DNA of 64,000 nucleotides from a cyanobacterium endosymbiont of Rhopalodia gibba (GCA_045159875.1 CP067995.1:2144001-2208000); one strand, 5' to 3'; numbered from the stretch's first letter, positions 23,143 to 35,069 are shown. The notes: generated by a model not told the origin, from the letters alone. Numbers and translations are program-made.

Positions 23143-23835
23143 TTATGGCAATTTTTCTTCAATTAACCCTTCAAACAATCCTAGCCCGTCTGTGGAGCCT
23201 AGAAGTAGGTCTGAGGCACGTTCCGGATGGGGCATCATGCCCAAAATATTTCCTTTTCGATTGCCAATTCCGGCAATATTATTAAGAGAGCCATTAGGGT
23301 TTTGGTCCTCATTAATTTCCCCCTTAGCTGTGCAATAACGAAACAAAATTTGTTCGTTATCTTCTAAACTTTTAAGGGTATCTTCTCCTGCATAATAACG
23401 GCCTTCTCCATGGGCGATAGGTAGAGTAATAATCTGTTTTGATGCATATACTTGTGTCCAAGGTAAACGGTTATTTTCAACTCTTACAGGGACTTGGTCG
23501 CAGATGAAATGTAGGTCTCGATTACGAATTAATATTCCGGGTAATAACCCAATTTCCGTGAGGATCTGGAATCCATTACAGATTCCTAACACCCATTTTC
23601 CTTGGTTAGCGTGGATTATGATTTGTTGCATCACCGACGAAAACCGAGCTATCGCCCCACAGCGTAGATAGTCCCCATAACTAAATCCTCCTGGGATCAC
23701 CACCACATCCAAATCAGAAATATCTGTTTCTTGATGCCATACCATACGGGTTGGCTGGTTTAATAATCCTCGAGTAACTGTTGCTACATCACGATCACAA
23801 TTAGATCCTGGAAAAACTACAATACCAAATTTCAT
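23143..23835 (-). CDS. purQ: FGAM synthase glutaminase subunit
   Basis: FPGSNCDRD, PGGFSYGDYLR, GICNGFQ, GMMPHPER. Confidence 0.98.
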   Translation of the reverse strand: MKFGIVVFPGSNCDRDVATVTRGLLNQPTRMVWHQETDISDLDVVVIPGGFSYGDYLRCGAIARFSSVMQQIIIHANQGKWVLGICNGFQILTEIGLLPGILIRNRDLHFICDQVPVRVENNRLPWTQVYASKQIITLPIAHGEGRYYAGEDTLKSLEDNEQILFRYCTAKGEINEDQNPNGSLNNIAGIGNRKGNILGMMPHPERASDLLLGSTDGLGLFEGLIEEKLP

Positions 23836-23841
23836 GGATGT

Positions 23842-24123
23842 TTACCTCGTTGAGGATTGAATCACGTTAACAGCTGTTACCTCAAAAAAATAATTTTCAA
23901 TGACTGAGTTAGCTAATAATTGATCACACATTTGCTCAAGTTGTTCTTTTGCATGGATTTTGCTATTGGCTGTTAGAGTAAGTTCAATGTATTTACCAAT
24001 TCTTACTTTTTCCACCCCTTGATAGCCTAACTGTTTTAATCCGGATTCAACTGCAGTCCCGGCGGGATCTAACACTGATGGTCTAAGGGTAACGTAAATA
24101 CGACACTGGTATTGTTGAGACAT
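23842..24123 (-). CDS. purS: FGAM synthase subunit PurS
   Basis: YVTLRPSVLDPAG, VRIGKYIEL, MCDQLLAN. Confidence 0.96.
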   Translation of the reverse strand: MSQQYQCRIYVTLRPSVLDPAGTAVESGLKQLGYQGVEKVRIGKYIELTLTANSKIHAKEQLEQMCDQLLANSVIENYFFEVTAVNVIQSSTR

Positions 24124-24150
24124 AGGATGTTAATTATTGCTAAGATAGTC

Positions 24151-24528
24151 ATAGAAGTTCAATACATTTGTTCTCAAGCGCGAATCCTCCGCTTAACTCA
24201 AGTCTTTAAAATTCTGCTATTTCAACTCCAGTCGAGGATTCATATTTAAAACTCAACAGTGGAGATTAACCCTTGGGACCAGCCACAGTTTATTGTGCTT
24301 TAAAACTTAAAGAAACGATGTAAGCGCAAACCTCAGCCGCTAGAGAGTCTCTTTATAGTTTAATCCTCCATGGTCAATACTGTCTTACCTGTGTTAAGTG
24401 CAGTAGATCTATTTCCATTAATTTTAAGTATCCTCTATATGACCAAAAGGAATAATTAAAGCATTCTCATTATTTTTGAGCCTACTATCCTACCTTAGAA
24501 TTTTTTGGACAATTTTCCCAAAATTAAC
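24151..24528 (+). pseudogene. zur: Fur-family regulator Zur/FurB pseudogene
   Basis: SQARILRL, LGPATVYCAL, RESLYSLI, LTCVKCSRSI, YYPTLEFFG resemble SQERIL, GLATVYRAL, GESLYS, HHLTCLQCG, YYHTLEFFG. Several stops, start codon lost, divergent from purS. Confidence 0.85.
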
Positions 24529-24598
24529 TTATTGATCCAAGAAACTATTTGTTTTCACAGACTTAGTTTTTAGTCAATCAATTCAACTTTTGACTAGT

Positions 24599-26083
24599 TT
24601 AAAGATTTAACCATTGAGCTACTGTCCCAGGTAAAGGAAGTAAAATAATTATTAGCAATGCTAATGAAAACAACCCTAAGACATCTCGTCTGTCATCTAA
24701 TTCCGTTACATCATTTAGGGCAGTCTGCTCGGAAGTCGGCATAAAAAAGAGTAGGATTGCCCATAGCAAAAACTCCTGTCTAATAATTCCTAAAGCTAAG
24801 ACAAACAATCTAGTAAATTGACCAATAATAATTGCTGTTCGTTGACCAAACATCCCATGAACAATATGTCCCCCATCGAGTTGTCCCACAGGCATTAAAT
24901 TTAGGGCCGTAATAATTAATCCTATATAGCCTGCAATGGCTAACGGATGAAGATGAATTGCTTTTTCAGCAATAAAACTACTCCCAAAAACCAATTTAGC
25001 CAAAATAGCAAATAGAAAAGAAATTCGAGGATCGAATGCTTGTAAACTTAATAAGTTAGACTGCTCAACTAGAGGCACAATTTCTGATAAAGATAGTCCC
25101 CATAATAGAATGGGAACAGTTACAATAAACCCGCCCAAAGGTCCTGCTATACCGACATCAAATAAGGCTTTACGATGAGGGATAGGAGATTTTATCTGGA
25201 TAAATGCTCCGAAGGTTCCTAAGAAAAAAGGGATAGGAATAAAGTAAGGTAGGGTCGTCACAACTTTATAGCGAATAGCAGTTAAATAATGACTAAGCTC
25301 ATGAATTCCTAAAATTATAATTACCCCTAGACTATAGGGTAATCCATTTAATAGTAATCTTAGATTTTCTTGCCATTGTTCTACTGAAATACCAGCTATT
25401 TCAGTCCCAACAATTGTTGTAGTCAATAATGTCAGTAATAGTAACCCTAAAGCAAATAAAGGACGAGTGGTAGGTTGTTCAGCTTCTTTCTGTTGGGATT
25501 TAGCCCACGGATTAGCTACTAAAGCAAAAAAGGGCTGTCCCTGTAGGCTTTCCTGAAAAAGAATCAAAAAGCGATCACCAAATACCTGTTCAATATTAAT
25601 TTTAATTGACTGATAAGCTTTTTCTGGAGCTGTCCGTAACTTTCCTCGACAAAGAATGGCTTGGGGACGATAATCTAAATTTTGCAGGTAATACACTCCC
25701 CAAGGAAAACAATCTCTTAATGACTGTTCCTCGGTAGCGGTAATCGGACGAATAAAAACTGGATTTTCTAGAGTTTTTATCTTTTTTTTAAGGTTAGGGG
25801 ATAAAGAAGAATTCCGACTATCTTGGTTTTCTGTAAGAATACGTCCGATGGAAATTAACCACCCATAGGTAATAAAACAAATAAATAAGGGCAAGATGAT
25901 CCACACCAAGGGAATAGGTTTTTCTTCTCCCATTACCATATACCATACTGTCCAAGCTATCGGAGGAGTCATGACAACTAACCACAATAGCCAAGCAGGG
26001 GTACGAGTGACTGACGTTACCGTGCGCTTAATGAGGATATAAGTAATAATGCTTAAAGTGAGTAACAGTAAAAGTAACCACAT
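24599..26083 (-). CDS. Site-2 protease, M50 family
   Basis: HELSH, IAGPLGG, NLMPVGQLDGGH, multiple TM segments. Confidence 0.93.
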   Translation of the reverse strand: MWLLLLLLTLSIITYILIKRTVTSVTRTPAWLLWLVVMTPPIAWTVWYMVMGEEKPIPLVWIILPLFICFITYGWLISIGRILTENQDSRNSSLSPNLKKKIKTLENPVFIRPITATEEQSLRDCFPWGVYYLQNLDYRPQAILCRGKLRTAPEKAYQSIKINIEQVFGDRFLILFQESLQGQPFFALVANPWAKSQQKEAEQPTTRPLFALGLLLLTLLTTTIVGTEIAGISVEQWQENLRLLLNGLPYSLGVIIILGIHELSHYLTAIRYKVVTTLPYFIPIPFFLGTFGAFIQIKSPIPHRKALFDVGIAGPLGGFIVTVPILLWGLSLSEIVPLVEQSNLLSLQAFDPRISFLFAILAKLVFGSSFIAEKAIHLHPLAIAGYIGLIITALNLMPVGQLDGGHIVHGMFGQRTAIIIGQFTRLFVLALGIIRQEFLLWAILLFFMPTSEQTALNDVTELDDRRDVLGLFSLALLIIILLPLPGTVAQWLNL

Positions 26084-26233
26084 AGTTATCTATTGAAGAA
26101 TGTGTCAAGAAATCGTCTTCACCTTTCATGATTGAGACGATTCACTAAATTAAGGAATAATAGAGTCACAAGGCCACACTCAATTTTGAGATTCCCTGTA
26201 ATAAATTAACAAGGATTCTGCTTTTTACCTATC

Positions 26234-26915
26234 ATGTTTCAAAAGACAGTTAGGCTATCTAAACTCCCTCGTCAACATATTCGATGGGTTCCTTGCTTTT
26301 CCCTCCAATAAAGATACTTTAGGCGGGACAGCTTACTTTATTTTAGAAAAAACTGGCAATATCTTGGTGGATTGTCCCGAGTGTAATCAACAAGTTGAAG
26401 ACTTTCTTCAACAACACGGTGGAGTGCGTTGTTTATTTATCACTCATCGTGGTGCTACAAGTAAATCGGTAAAATCCCTAAAAAAAACTTTAAAGTGCTC
26501 AGTTGTGCTCCAAGAACAGGAGGCCTATCTGCTCCCAGAGGCAGTCGTGACTTCTTTCGAAGAAAAAACCTTTCTTAGTCCAAATATTAAAGGAGTTTGG
26601 ACTCCTGGCCATTCCCCAGGTTCTTCTTGTCTTTATTGGAGCTTCCATGGAGGAATTCTTTTCACTCGACGGCATCTTTTGTGTGATCTCTCAGGGACTT
26701 TAAGACCTTTACGGTTAGCCAAAACGTTCCATTGGTTACGTCAGCTAAAGAGTGTTCAGATGTTACGCGATTACTTCAACTCCGGCTCCCTCACTTAGAT
26801 CTGCCCAGGAGTTAATATAGAATTTTTGCTGGAAAAAGGATTAATTGACAGAGCTTATGAGCAATTATCTACTTTAAATTTTGATAATCTTCGCAAAACT
26901 CCAATCAGACGATAA
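26234..26915 (+). pseudogene. MBL-fold metallo-hydrolase pseudogene
   Basis: Frameshift near 26277 before FDGFLAFPSNKDTLGGTAYFI; FITHRG and WTPGHSPGS; TAG at 26796 followed in frame by ICPGVNIEFLLEKGLID. Confidence 0.85.
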
Positions 26916-27000
26916 TTTCATTCATGTTTCACGGGTTTTTGCCTTCCTATAACTCTGTCCTATTTTTAAGAGAAAATTAATGAACCTTAACATAATACAA

Positions 27001-27030
27001 TGATTTACTTCTAAATTTAGGAGTAAATCA
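27001..27030. repeat. Near-perfect 30-bp palindrome overlapping an RBS-like AGGAG
   Basis: TGATTTACTTCTAAA|TTTAGGAGTAAATCA, one mismatch. Confidence 0.75.
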
Positions 27031-27034
27031 TCTG

Positions 27035-27285
27035 ATGGCAGAATTATTTGGATTGTTCAGTAACAAAACCAAGGATGTTTACAAACTTAGTCTATAAGCC
27101 TTTCAACAGGAAAAAAGAAAGATTTCATTCTCAAATCTGATGATGTAAAAAGATTATGAAATGCGGAGTTTATGAAGAAATCTCTTTAATCAAGAAAAAT
27201 CTGGCTGATAGCAATGGGTTTGTTCTTAAAAAACTATTTCACTCTAAACCTCAATCCGATCCCGCAGCAGAAGAAAACACTTAAA
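27035..27285 (+). pseudogene. Conserved cyanobacterial hypothetical protein remnant
   Basis: MAELFGLFSNKTKDV and DFILKSDDVKRL*NAEFMKKS resemble MAGFFGLFGGKTKYV and FFLEPDDAKTLGDVEYMRKS; AGGAG upstream. Confidence 0.55.
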
Positions 27286-27671
27286 AGTTGTCGTAGTGAC
27301 AGTAACATAGATATGTTTTGTTAAATAAACCGTAAGCTTAATAAGTAAGTTAATCTAGCTTTCTAAACATTCTTTATAGAACGCTTAATAATTAAGTTAG
27401 ATAGAGATAAATAATGGATTTTCTTAGTTTTAAATTAAGTTTATTTTAAAAAATAAAAAATTTAGATGGTGTAACAACTTTTATTGTTTTTAATATTAAA
27501 AGCAATAATTTTTTTTATTTTTTTTAATCTTACCAAATATTTTAAAATACTAATTAACTCAAAGTTCATCTACTAATAAAATATATAATTTTTCTACTTG
27601 CTCTAATTCTGGAGAGTAAGTTTGCAGATATTCTCTATGAATTTGTCAAAAAATATTTATTTTTACTATAC

Positions 27672-27715
27672 TTTTTTAAGTAACTATTTTTTTAAAAAAA
27701 TAGTTACTTAAAAAA
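27672..27715. repeat. Perfect 44-bp palindrome, no loop
   Basis: TTTTTTAAGTAACTATTTTTTT|AAAAAAATAGTTACTTAAAAAA. Confidence 0.9.
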
Positions 27716-29446
27716 TCAATATACTTTTCTTAATATTTTTAAAATTCAATAAAATTATTTAATGTTTATTTTTAATTAGGTTTTTAAAGTAAATTAAATT
27801 TTATTATTTCTATGATTAATCGACTTAATCTTTTTTATTCTTTTGCAAAAAAACTCTATATATACTTAGGTGAATGTATCTATTTTTTATAGATTAAAGC
27901 AAAAATATTTAAATTTTTAATAAATTTTTTTATGAAGTATTTTTATTTTTTTGTCCAATAATTAACTTTTAATACTATCTATATTTATTGATTTATATTG
28001 GCATTAACTTAAATTAAATAACTATTCGATTGATTGCTTTATAAATAAAAGTCACTATATCTTCTTTGGTATAATTATTTATTTTTACAGTTTTTTATCC
28101 ATTCTTTGTAATTAATTTACAAGATACTTTACGAAGTTGAGACTATTCTCTTTCTGCTATATATTTTTACTTTTTATTTACTTAATTTTTAATTTGAATT
28201 AACTAATATGTAAAAAATATATACGCTTAAACTTTTTTATTTTAATTATTTTTTCTGATCAAGAATCACTTTTTACAGTCTATCCTAATAGAGGACATTG
28301 TAGACTATGAGCACATTCAATAATTTTTTAAATCCTCTAAAATAGTGTTTTTTTTGTTAGAATTAACCTAATAATTAAAGATTATACTAAAACCAGTTCT
28401 AAAATTATGGACTTTATTAGAGATAAAAAACTGTTGGGTTAATAATTTCATAAAAATAAGTATTTTTTTTAAATTTTTGACAAATAAACTATTTAGTTAC
28501 GTACTTTTCTTTATAAAGAATATTTGTCTCTTCAAAAAAGTTTATCATTATTTGTAAAAATTTTCAATTTTACTTCTTCTATGAAGTGGCTAGTTTACCT
28601 ATTTTTTATACAAAAAAAATAACTAAATTATCTTAGTTACTATTAAAAAAAATGATGTATTTTTTGTATTTTTAACATAAGCATCAAAACTCATCAAGTT
28701 ATATTAATTAAATTAATCTTTTTTTGTATAGATCTTTATTTATTGTTCTTGACAAGATTTTATATTAAAATTTTTAGCATAATATAATTTATAGTTGATT
28801 AATTTATTGTCCTTGTTGCTAACTAAGCTATCTCTTAATAAGATAATTAATTTATAGCTTAGTTAGTAACTTTTTTTTTCTAGGGAGAATTATTACTTCT
28901 TCTTTGTAGTTAGCTTTCAGTAAATTTTCAATACATCAAGAACCTATATGACTATTAGTAGTCCTTTGCTGAAGCAATAGTTAGCAAATAATTAACTATC
29001 AAGGAATAAACCCTCCCCAATTATAACTGTAAGACATAGGATTTTTGCTGTTAAAGGGAAGTCACCCCTAATTTAGAATGTAGCAAACCTATCTTAGGAA
29101 CAGCCCATAAAGAAATACTGTAACTATATACTAAATGAGCACTGTGATAAGAATTAATAACATTTTTTCTTTGTTTATCTACTAAAAAAATAGATTAAGT
29201 TTTTTGTAAAAATTAAAAAGATAACATTAGAAGCAATAACTTTAAGAAAAAGTCAAATGTAACTTAATCAGTTACTCTTGTCGAGTCTTATTTGAGTTTT
29301 AGTAATCGGAAAAATTACATTAAAATAGAATACCAGGGATAAAAAAATAAGAGACTCAGAAATAATATTTTTTATCTATTAAAATAATTTACGTATGAAG
29401 ATCTAATATCATCGACAGCCACAGAAACTCTGCTGATTTATACAAT

Positions 29447-30640
29447 ATGAAAAATTTCTTTCCAATCGACCGAAACTTCACCTCTACAACTAATGCAGAT
29501 GAATCGTTTTCTCAATTTCTTTTTCCCGAAGGCGCATCTATTATTTTAGGTGAACAATTCTCTAATACTTTGGTGATGCCCCTAGAACCCAATGCCACTA
29601 CTATGTTTGGCCCAAGAGGTGCTTGTTTAGTCTCTGAAACTGGTCCGTTATGGGTAGCAGACACAGGACATCATCGACTGTTGGGATGGAAAAATCGGCC
29701 TGAAACTGATGGCAAACCCGCAGACTTAGTGATTGGACAAACAGACTTTCACCAGGAAGGACAAAACGCTAATGGAACTCCTCAAAACAATACTTTCAGT
29801 GTTCCTACAGGGATTTGCACTTGTGGAGAAGGATTAGCGGTAGCTGATGCTTGGAACCATCGGGTCTTAATTTGGAAAGAACTACCGCAGGATCATAATG
29901 TTCCTGCGGATATTGTGTTAGGACAAACAGACTTTCACCAAAATCAAGTTAACCGAGGAGAAATTAATACAGCTGCGGATAGGATGCACTGGCCTTATGG
30001 CGTCTTTTACCATCAAGGTTGTTTTTTTGTCGCAGATACCGGAAATAGACGGGTTTTAGTGTGGAATCGACTTCCGGAAGTTAATGGACAACCGGCAGAT
30101 TTTGTTCTAGGACAGTCCCAGATGAATCTGCGGGACGAAAATGGAGGAGGAACCCCAACAGGTTCAAGTATGCGTTGGCCTCATGCGTTAGCAATTTGGC
30201 AAGATAACCTAGTTGTGACTGATGCGGGAAATAATCGTGTAATGATTTGGGATGGAATACCAACCGAAAATAATGTTCCCTGTAAATTAGTTTTAGGTCA
30301 ATCAAATTTTAAAGATGTAGAACTTAATCAAGGGGTTTATTGGCCATCTTCTAGTAGTTTAAGTATGCCGTATGGCGTAGCTGTTTGTAAGCAATGGCTG
30401 ATGGTGGCAGACACGTCTAATTCTCGTTTATTAGGGTGGACAAATTCCCTAGAGATGGGTATTCCTTCCCAAGGATTAATGGGTCAACTTAACTTTAGTA
30501 GTAAGGGAGAAAATCGTTCCTACGGGAGGACTTATCGTAATAGTTTAAATTGGCCTTATGGCATCTCCGTTTGTGGTGATACAGCTATTATTGCTGATTC
30601 TGGAAATAATCGAGTTTTACTGTGGTCTATTCAAAGTTAA
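29447..30640 (+). CDS. NHL-repeat beta-propeller protein of the type found in cyanobacterial hyp (hydrogenase maturation) clusters
   Basis: Repeated VADTGHHRLLGW, VADAWNHRVLIW, VADTGNRRVLVW, PADxVxGQ units; hyp association is recalled from Nostoc alr0693. Confidence 0.8.
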   Translation: MKNFFPIDRNFTSTTNADESFSQFLFPEGASIILGEQFSNTLVMPLEPNATTMFGPRGACLVSETGPLWVADTGHHRLLGWKNRPETDGKPADLVIGQTDFHQEGQNANGTPQNNTFSVPTGICTCGEGLAVADAWNHRVLIWKELPQDHNVPADIVLGQTDFHQNQVNRGEINTAADRMHWPYGVFYHQGCFFVADTGNRRVLVWNRLPEVNGQPADFVLGQSQMNLRDENGGGTPTGSSMRWPHALAIWQDNLVVTDAGNNRVMIWDGIPTENNVPCKLVLGQSNFKDVELNQGVYWPSSSSLSMPYGVAVCKQWLMVADTSNSRLLGWTNSLEMGIPSQGLMGQLNFSSKGENRSYGRTYRNSLNWPYGISVCGDTAIIADSGNNRVLLWSIQS

Positions 30641-31366
30641 AACAAGTAAATAATTAATTCTAAATGGAAGTAACAAAGTAGATTTTTTGTATCTCTTATA
30701 TTTGGAAAAATTAGAGTTACAATTAAATTACTTTTATTGGCATTTTTTATGATATTTTTTTTTAGATTTTTTTTAGATAAATCATATTCATAATCAAAGA
30801 TACTTCCAGTAATTTCATGAGCTTTTATGTGATACCATTTTCCTTGTATAAGGGGATTTTAGTTATTTTTTTTTATTACGTGTAATTATTTTCTGTTTTT
30901 TAACTTCTTCTATACAAGAAACCCTTGTGAAGTTTTATAAACTATAAACAAATAGCTAATTGTTATATATTATAAGTTTTTTAATCTTTTTTTCAGAGCC
31001 TTTTAAGGAGTTTTATGTTATAAGTTTTTTTTCTAATTGTATGTGCTAAAAATTTAATATAATCTACAATTTATTTAACTTTCTACTATCTTGTAGTAGA
31101 ACATAATATTTATACTTTTATTGTTATTCTAGAAACAATTTTTAGATCGCGAATCAACTTTAATTGTACTTGTTCTTCTGATTGTATTAGCTGAGCTTTT
31201 AGGTAGACTTATATCTAGCACTCTTTTTTAACTGTTTGAAAACCTTTCTAAGAGTTATCAATTTTATTTAGAGATGTAACAAATTTATCTCTACTTAGAC
31301 AAAAAACTATCCCTGAATGAGGTATCATTAACCTTATATTTATTAATATAAGCCAGAAAACCAAAG

Positions 31367-31410
31367 ATTTTTTAATCTTAATTAAATTAATTTAATTAAG
31401 ATTAAAAAAT
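31367..31410. repeat. Perfect 44-bp palindrome, no loop
   Basis: ATTTTTTAATCTTAATTAAATT|AATTTAATTAAGATTAAAAAAT. Confidence 0.9.
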
Positions 31411-32848
31411 GATTAGGCAATTCAGTCTAGCTATTAACTGAAATATGTCATGTTATTTTTTTACAATTTTATAATATTCAGTTTCTGTTCTTAGTTTTTT
31501 ATTAGTTATTTCCAACTATAAAGTCTAAATTTAAATTGTCTTTCCTAAAATTTAGATTTTATTAATAAATTTTAACTTCACTCATTTATAAGCTTTTTAC
31601 ATTTTTATAGATTTTCTAAAAAAACTTACTGATAAAATTATACAATTCAGGCAAAATGAAACTAAATCCTAATAAATTTATAAGCTAACTTGTATCGAGA
31701 TTAAGAGTCGTCATTACTTTGATTTTTTAATAAAAAGTAAATAAAAAAATGACATATATTGTAAATAAGTCTCTACTATAGAAGATACAACACAGAAGTT
31801 AGCTCTCATGTCTAACATCATGTATAAAATTAATGTTGATCATCTATTTTTTTGAGGAATTTTTATTTTTTTTAAAATGGACCAAAAGGAAATTATATTG
31901 AACTAACAATAAAAAATTAACTAGTAAAATGTTACATATAAAACCTTTAGAGTTGTAAATCAATGAAATCTATGGATTCATAATCTCTCTCTTTAATATA
32001 ATTTAACATATTATCAATTTTTTCAACTTTTTTTCATCAAAAAAAAATAGACAATAGTTTTCCAAATTCAACGTCTAACCTGATTGTTACACTGCTTTAT
32101 TTTGATAGCGCAAATACTATAGTATCTAATTGTAATCTTAAACAAGAAGACCAAACTAGAATCATTAATATAGAGCAGAAGAAGAGGATATAGAAATCCA
32201 TAAAGCGAGTCTTAAAATGTGAACTAGGTATAAGTATGCATTCTATTTCTTAAGATAGAAAGTTTAAATGAGTAATATTTTAACCAAATGGGAGTAACAT
32301 TCTGAGCATTTTATTTTTGTCGGTTTTGTTGTTGATATTGACCAATTATATGAACAATCATACCAGAGGGGAAATTAGGAAATGGAATTAAATCAGCAAT
32401 ACAAAAAACAACCGCACTAACCAGGAAGAATCTTAAAAAACAACTCATGATGATAGACCTTCGTGCAATCTCCTTTTCACTATTCTAGAATTAACTTGCT
32501 TAAATCTTCCCCTAATTGGATGAATCATTTGAACTCTTATTTTTATAAAAATTTAATTGATTAAAGACGAACTTATCAACAGAACTGATATAGTAACGAT
32601 TACTGTAGTAATTTACAAAGTGAGCAATCATTAGTTTAGCTAATTTATCTAGCTAAACTAATGATTGATATTTCATAATAGCTGGAAATTGATAATAATA
32701 TGGAAATCTTAGGCTCAGAGGATAGTTGGATAGTCATTTGGAGTCAACCTAAAACGATGATTAACAATACCAAAAAATTGGTTGCGAACGCGAAGCACCT
32801 AAACACAATTAATTGCAAGGTGGCATTTCCTAGGAAAATAATTATGTT

Positions 32849-33205
32849 TCAAGGAAATTTACTAGTAACTTTACCAATAATATGATGAAGGGTTATAAAC
32901 CCAAAATGCCGACTATCATTACTTTCTGCTTTATTTTCCCCCAACAAAAAACAACTACCATTTTTGTCAACTAAAACAACTCGTTTAATAATCTTTAAAT
33001 CCTGACGGTAAGGGTGCCTAGCTATGACTAAATCCCCTATTTCTGGGAAACGACAGCGGTAGGCTCTCGTGTCTACAAGGACTTCTTCTCCTGCTTTAAG
33101 CAGAGGAAACATAGAAGCCCCTGTAACACAAAACCGCTGACGTAACCTCAACAACCAAAGAAGTAATTCTTGATTCTTACTAGTAAGGCTCAACTGCATG
33201 CCCAC
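32849..33205 (-). CDS. sodX: Nickel-type SOD maturation protease
   Basis: S26-like VTGASMFPLL, IIKRV, LLGENKAESNDSRHFG; immediately downstream of sodN. Confidence 0.93.
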   Translation of the reverse strand: MGMQLSLTSKNQELLLWLLRLRQRFCVTGASMFPLLKAGEEVLVDTRAYRCRFPEIGDLVIARHPYRQDLKIIKRVVLVDKNGSCFLLGENKAESNDSRHFGFITLHHIIGKVTSKFP

Positions 33206-33223
33206 TACTTAAAATCAACAAAT

Positions 33224-33682
33224 TTAGCTAGCTCTTACCCAGGCTACATCCCGATTCTTACTAGACCAGAACATAGTATGAATTTTCTCAACAGTAGCAA
33301 GTAATTCGGTAGCTTGGACCAAGCTAACTTCTACTTTACACGCAGAGCAAAGTTTAGCTGCTTTCCAAAAAGTGTCGTGAAGATCAGGATATTTTTCTAA
33401 ATGTACAGGTTTAAAGTAGTCAGTCCAAAGGATAAGTAATTCTTCTTTAGTTTTTTGTGCTTGCTCTTCCTTAATTGCAATATAGCGGGCAAGGATATTA
33501 GCAGTAGCATGATCTCCGACAGAAGGATTAAGGTCTAGAATTTTCTTAGTCATAGACAATACTGCTTCAGCGTAGATGCGAGCAGAGGCGGAGTCATAAA
33601 CACCACAGGGTCCATCGCAGTGAGCACTAACTTCTGGCGCACGGAAGTGCTTTTTAATTTGAGTAGCAATTCTGTTGAGCAT
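33224..33682 (-). CDS. sodN: Nickel superoxide dismutase precursor
   Basis: Leader followed by Ni-hook HCDGPCGVYD; ILWTDYFKP. Confidence 0.97.
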   Translation of the reverse strand: MLNRIATQIKKHFRAPEVSAHCDGPCGVYDSASARIYAEAVLSMTKKILDLNPSVGDHATANILARYIAIKEEQAQKTKEELLILWTDYFKPVHLEKYPDLHDTFWKAAKLCSACKVEVSLVQATELLATVEKIHTMFWSSKNRDVAWVRAS

Positions 33683-34083
33683 AGTTTTCTGAGATGTATC
33701 TAATTTTTCAATAAAACGTTCGCAAACGTTATTATAAGGAACTGTTGTCAGGGAAAAACTTTGTCGGTAACTCCCCTACTTCTAATTTTAATTGAAAAGT
33801 GTAGGCATTTGAGATCTTAAAATTCTAGATTCTTACCTCTAGCCTTATGGCTTCCTAATAGTTGCACTATGTTAATTATTTAAATATTGTTTTTATCTTC
33901 GAATACAAAGGTTTGGAATGTTAGAATTTATCTAGAAAAAATGGACGGTTTTGCGGCTTATACAGCTTGAGGAAATCAACTTTTAGGTCGCGTTGTGAAC
34001 GTTTCTGATGATTACTTTTGATGAGAAGTGATGAAAACCTACCAATATTATGGAACTGATAAGCAGACTCAAAAAACTAGCTC

Positions 34084-34952
34084 CTAGCGGGTTTTTACTT
34101 CTCCCTGTTCGATTAATGAGTGTACTCCATTAATCCCTTCTGATGGTTTACAAAAGAGGGGAAACTTACCACTAGCTACCATTCTTAACCCCAAAGGAAG
34201 AAGACTAAACAATCCTCCTAAATCCCTTAAATCCCTTAAATAATTCCCTACTACAAACAATCCAAACTTACGCTCATCAATCCATCCCCTTGTTTGACTA
34301 AGTCAACCAAAACTTTACGATGGCGAATGGCACGACTGTCTTAAGAATCTTTTCTTTCCAAAATTTCTTATTTAATATGACCAATTTGGTCGATAGGGAA
34401 AACGCCCATGGGATAAACGATGTTACAAAAATGGCAACGAGTACACCCCTAAACTCCTTTGGTTCCGTTATTATGGGTTTCTAGGCGAGTTTCAGTTTCC
34501 GTGTTCCGTGAATCATATCATACATTGTGTTTTGGCAAGAGTGTATAGAATGTGCCTTGACACTGACGTATGGTTTTATGGCTTCTGAATTTTTTACAAA
34601 AAAGGGACATGTCCACCACTAAATCCTTAACTATTGGGACTATTGGGAGATTTTTTAGGGTGGAATGGTCATGGTTGAATGGGTTTCCTTCCCAGAGTGT
34701 TTTAATTTTTCAAGTTTACTATCCACATTTTCTTTGCAGATAAGGGCAGAACGACCATCAATTCTCATGCTACAACTACCACAGATCGTATTACGACAAT
34801 TTTTACGAAAAGCAAGAGTTCCATCTTTTTTCCATTTAATTATAATTGAGGCAATCTAAAATGGTTGATTTTGACTCCACGTCCAAGCTATAAGTATGTA
34901 GATAAGGTGTTTGATTAAACTTTTGTCGCATAATTTTAAATTGAACTTTCAT
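34084..34952 (-). pseudogene. sdhB: Succinate dehydrogenase/fumarate reductase Fe-S subunit pseudogene
   Basis: MKVQFKIMRQ..TILDCLN; KWKKDGTLAFRKNCRNTICGSCSMRIDGRSALICKEN; KDLVVDMS; GCTRCHFCNIVYPMGV; RAIRHRKVLVDLVKQG; WIDERKFG. Stops, frameshifts and an internal deletion. Confidence 0.93.
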
Positions 34953-35069
34953 AAGACAAATAAAATATAGAGGGATTTATCAGAAGAAAAGTAAGGATAA
35001 CCCTATCTATTTAGTTTAGTGCACCAACACATTCACTAAAATATCTTCATCATTATTCCATCGCAGTCG

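Noticed and set aside
29255..29320. NtcA box upstream of the NHL gene
   Set aside because: GTA...TAC pairs are spaced 10-11 nt apart rather than the canonical 8
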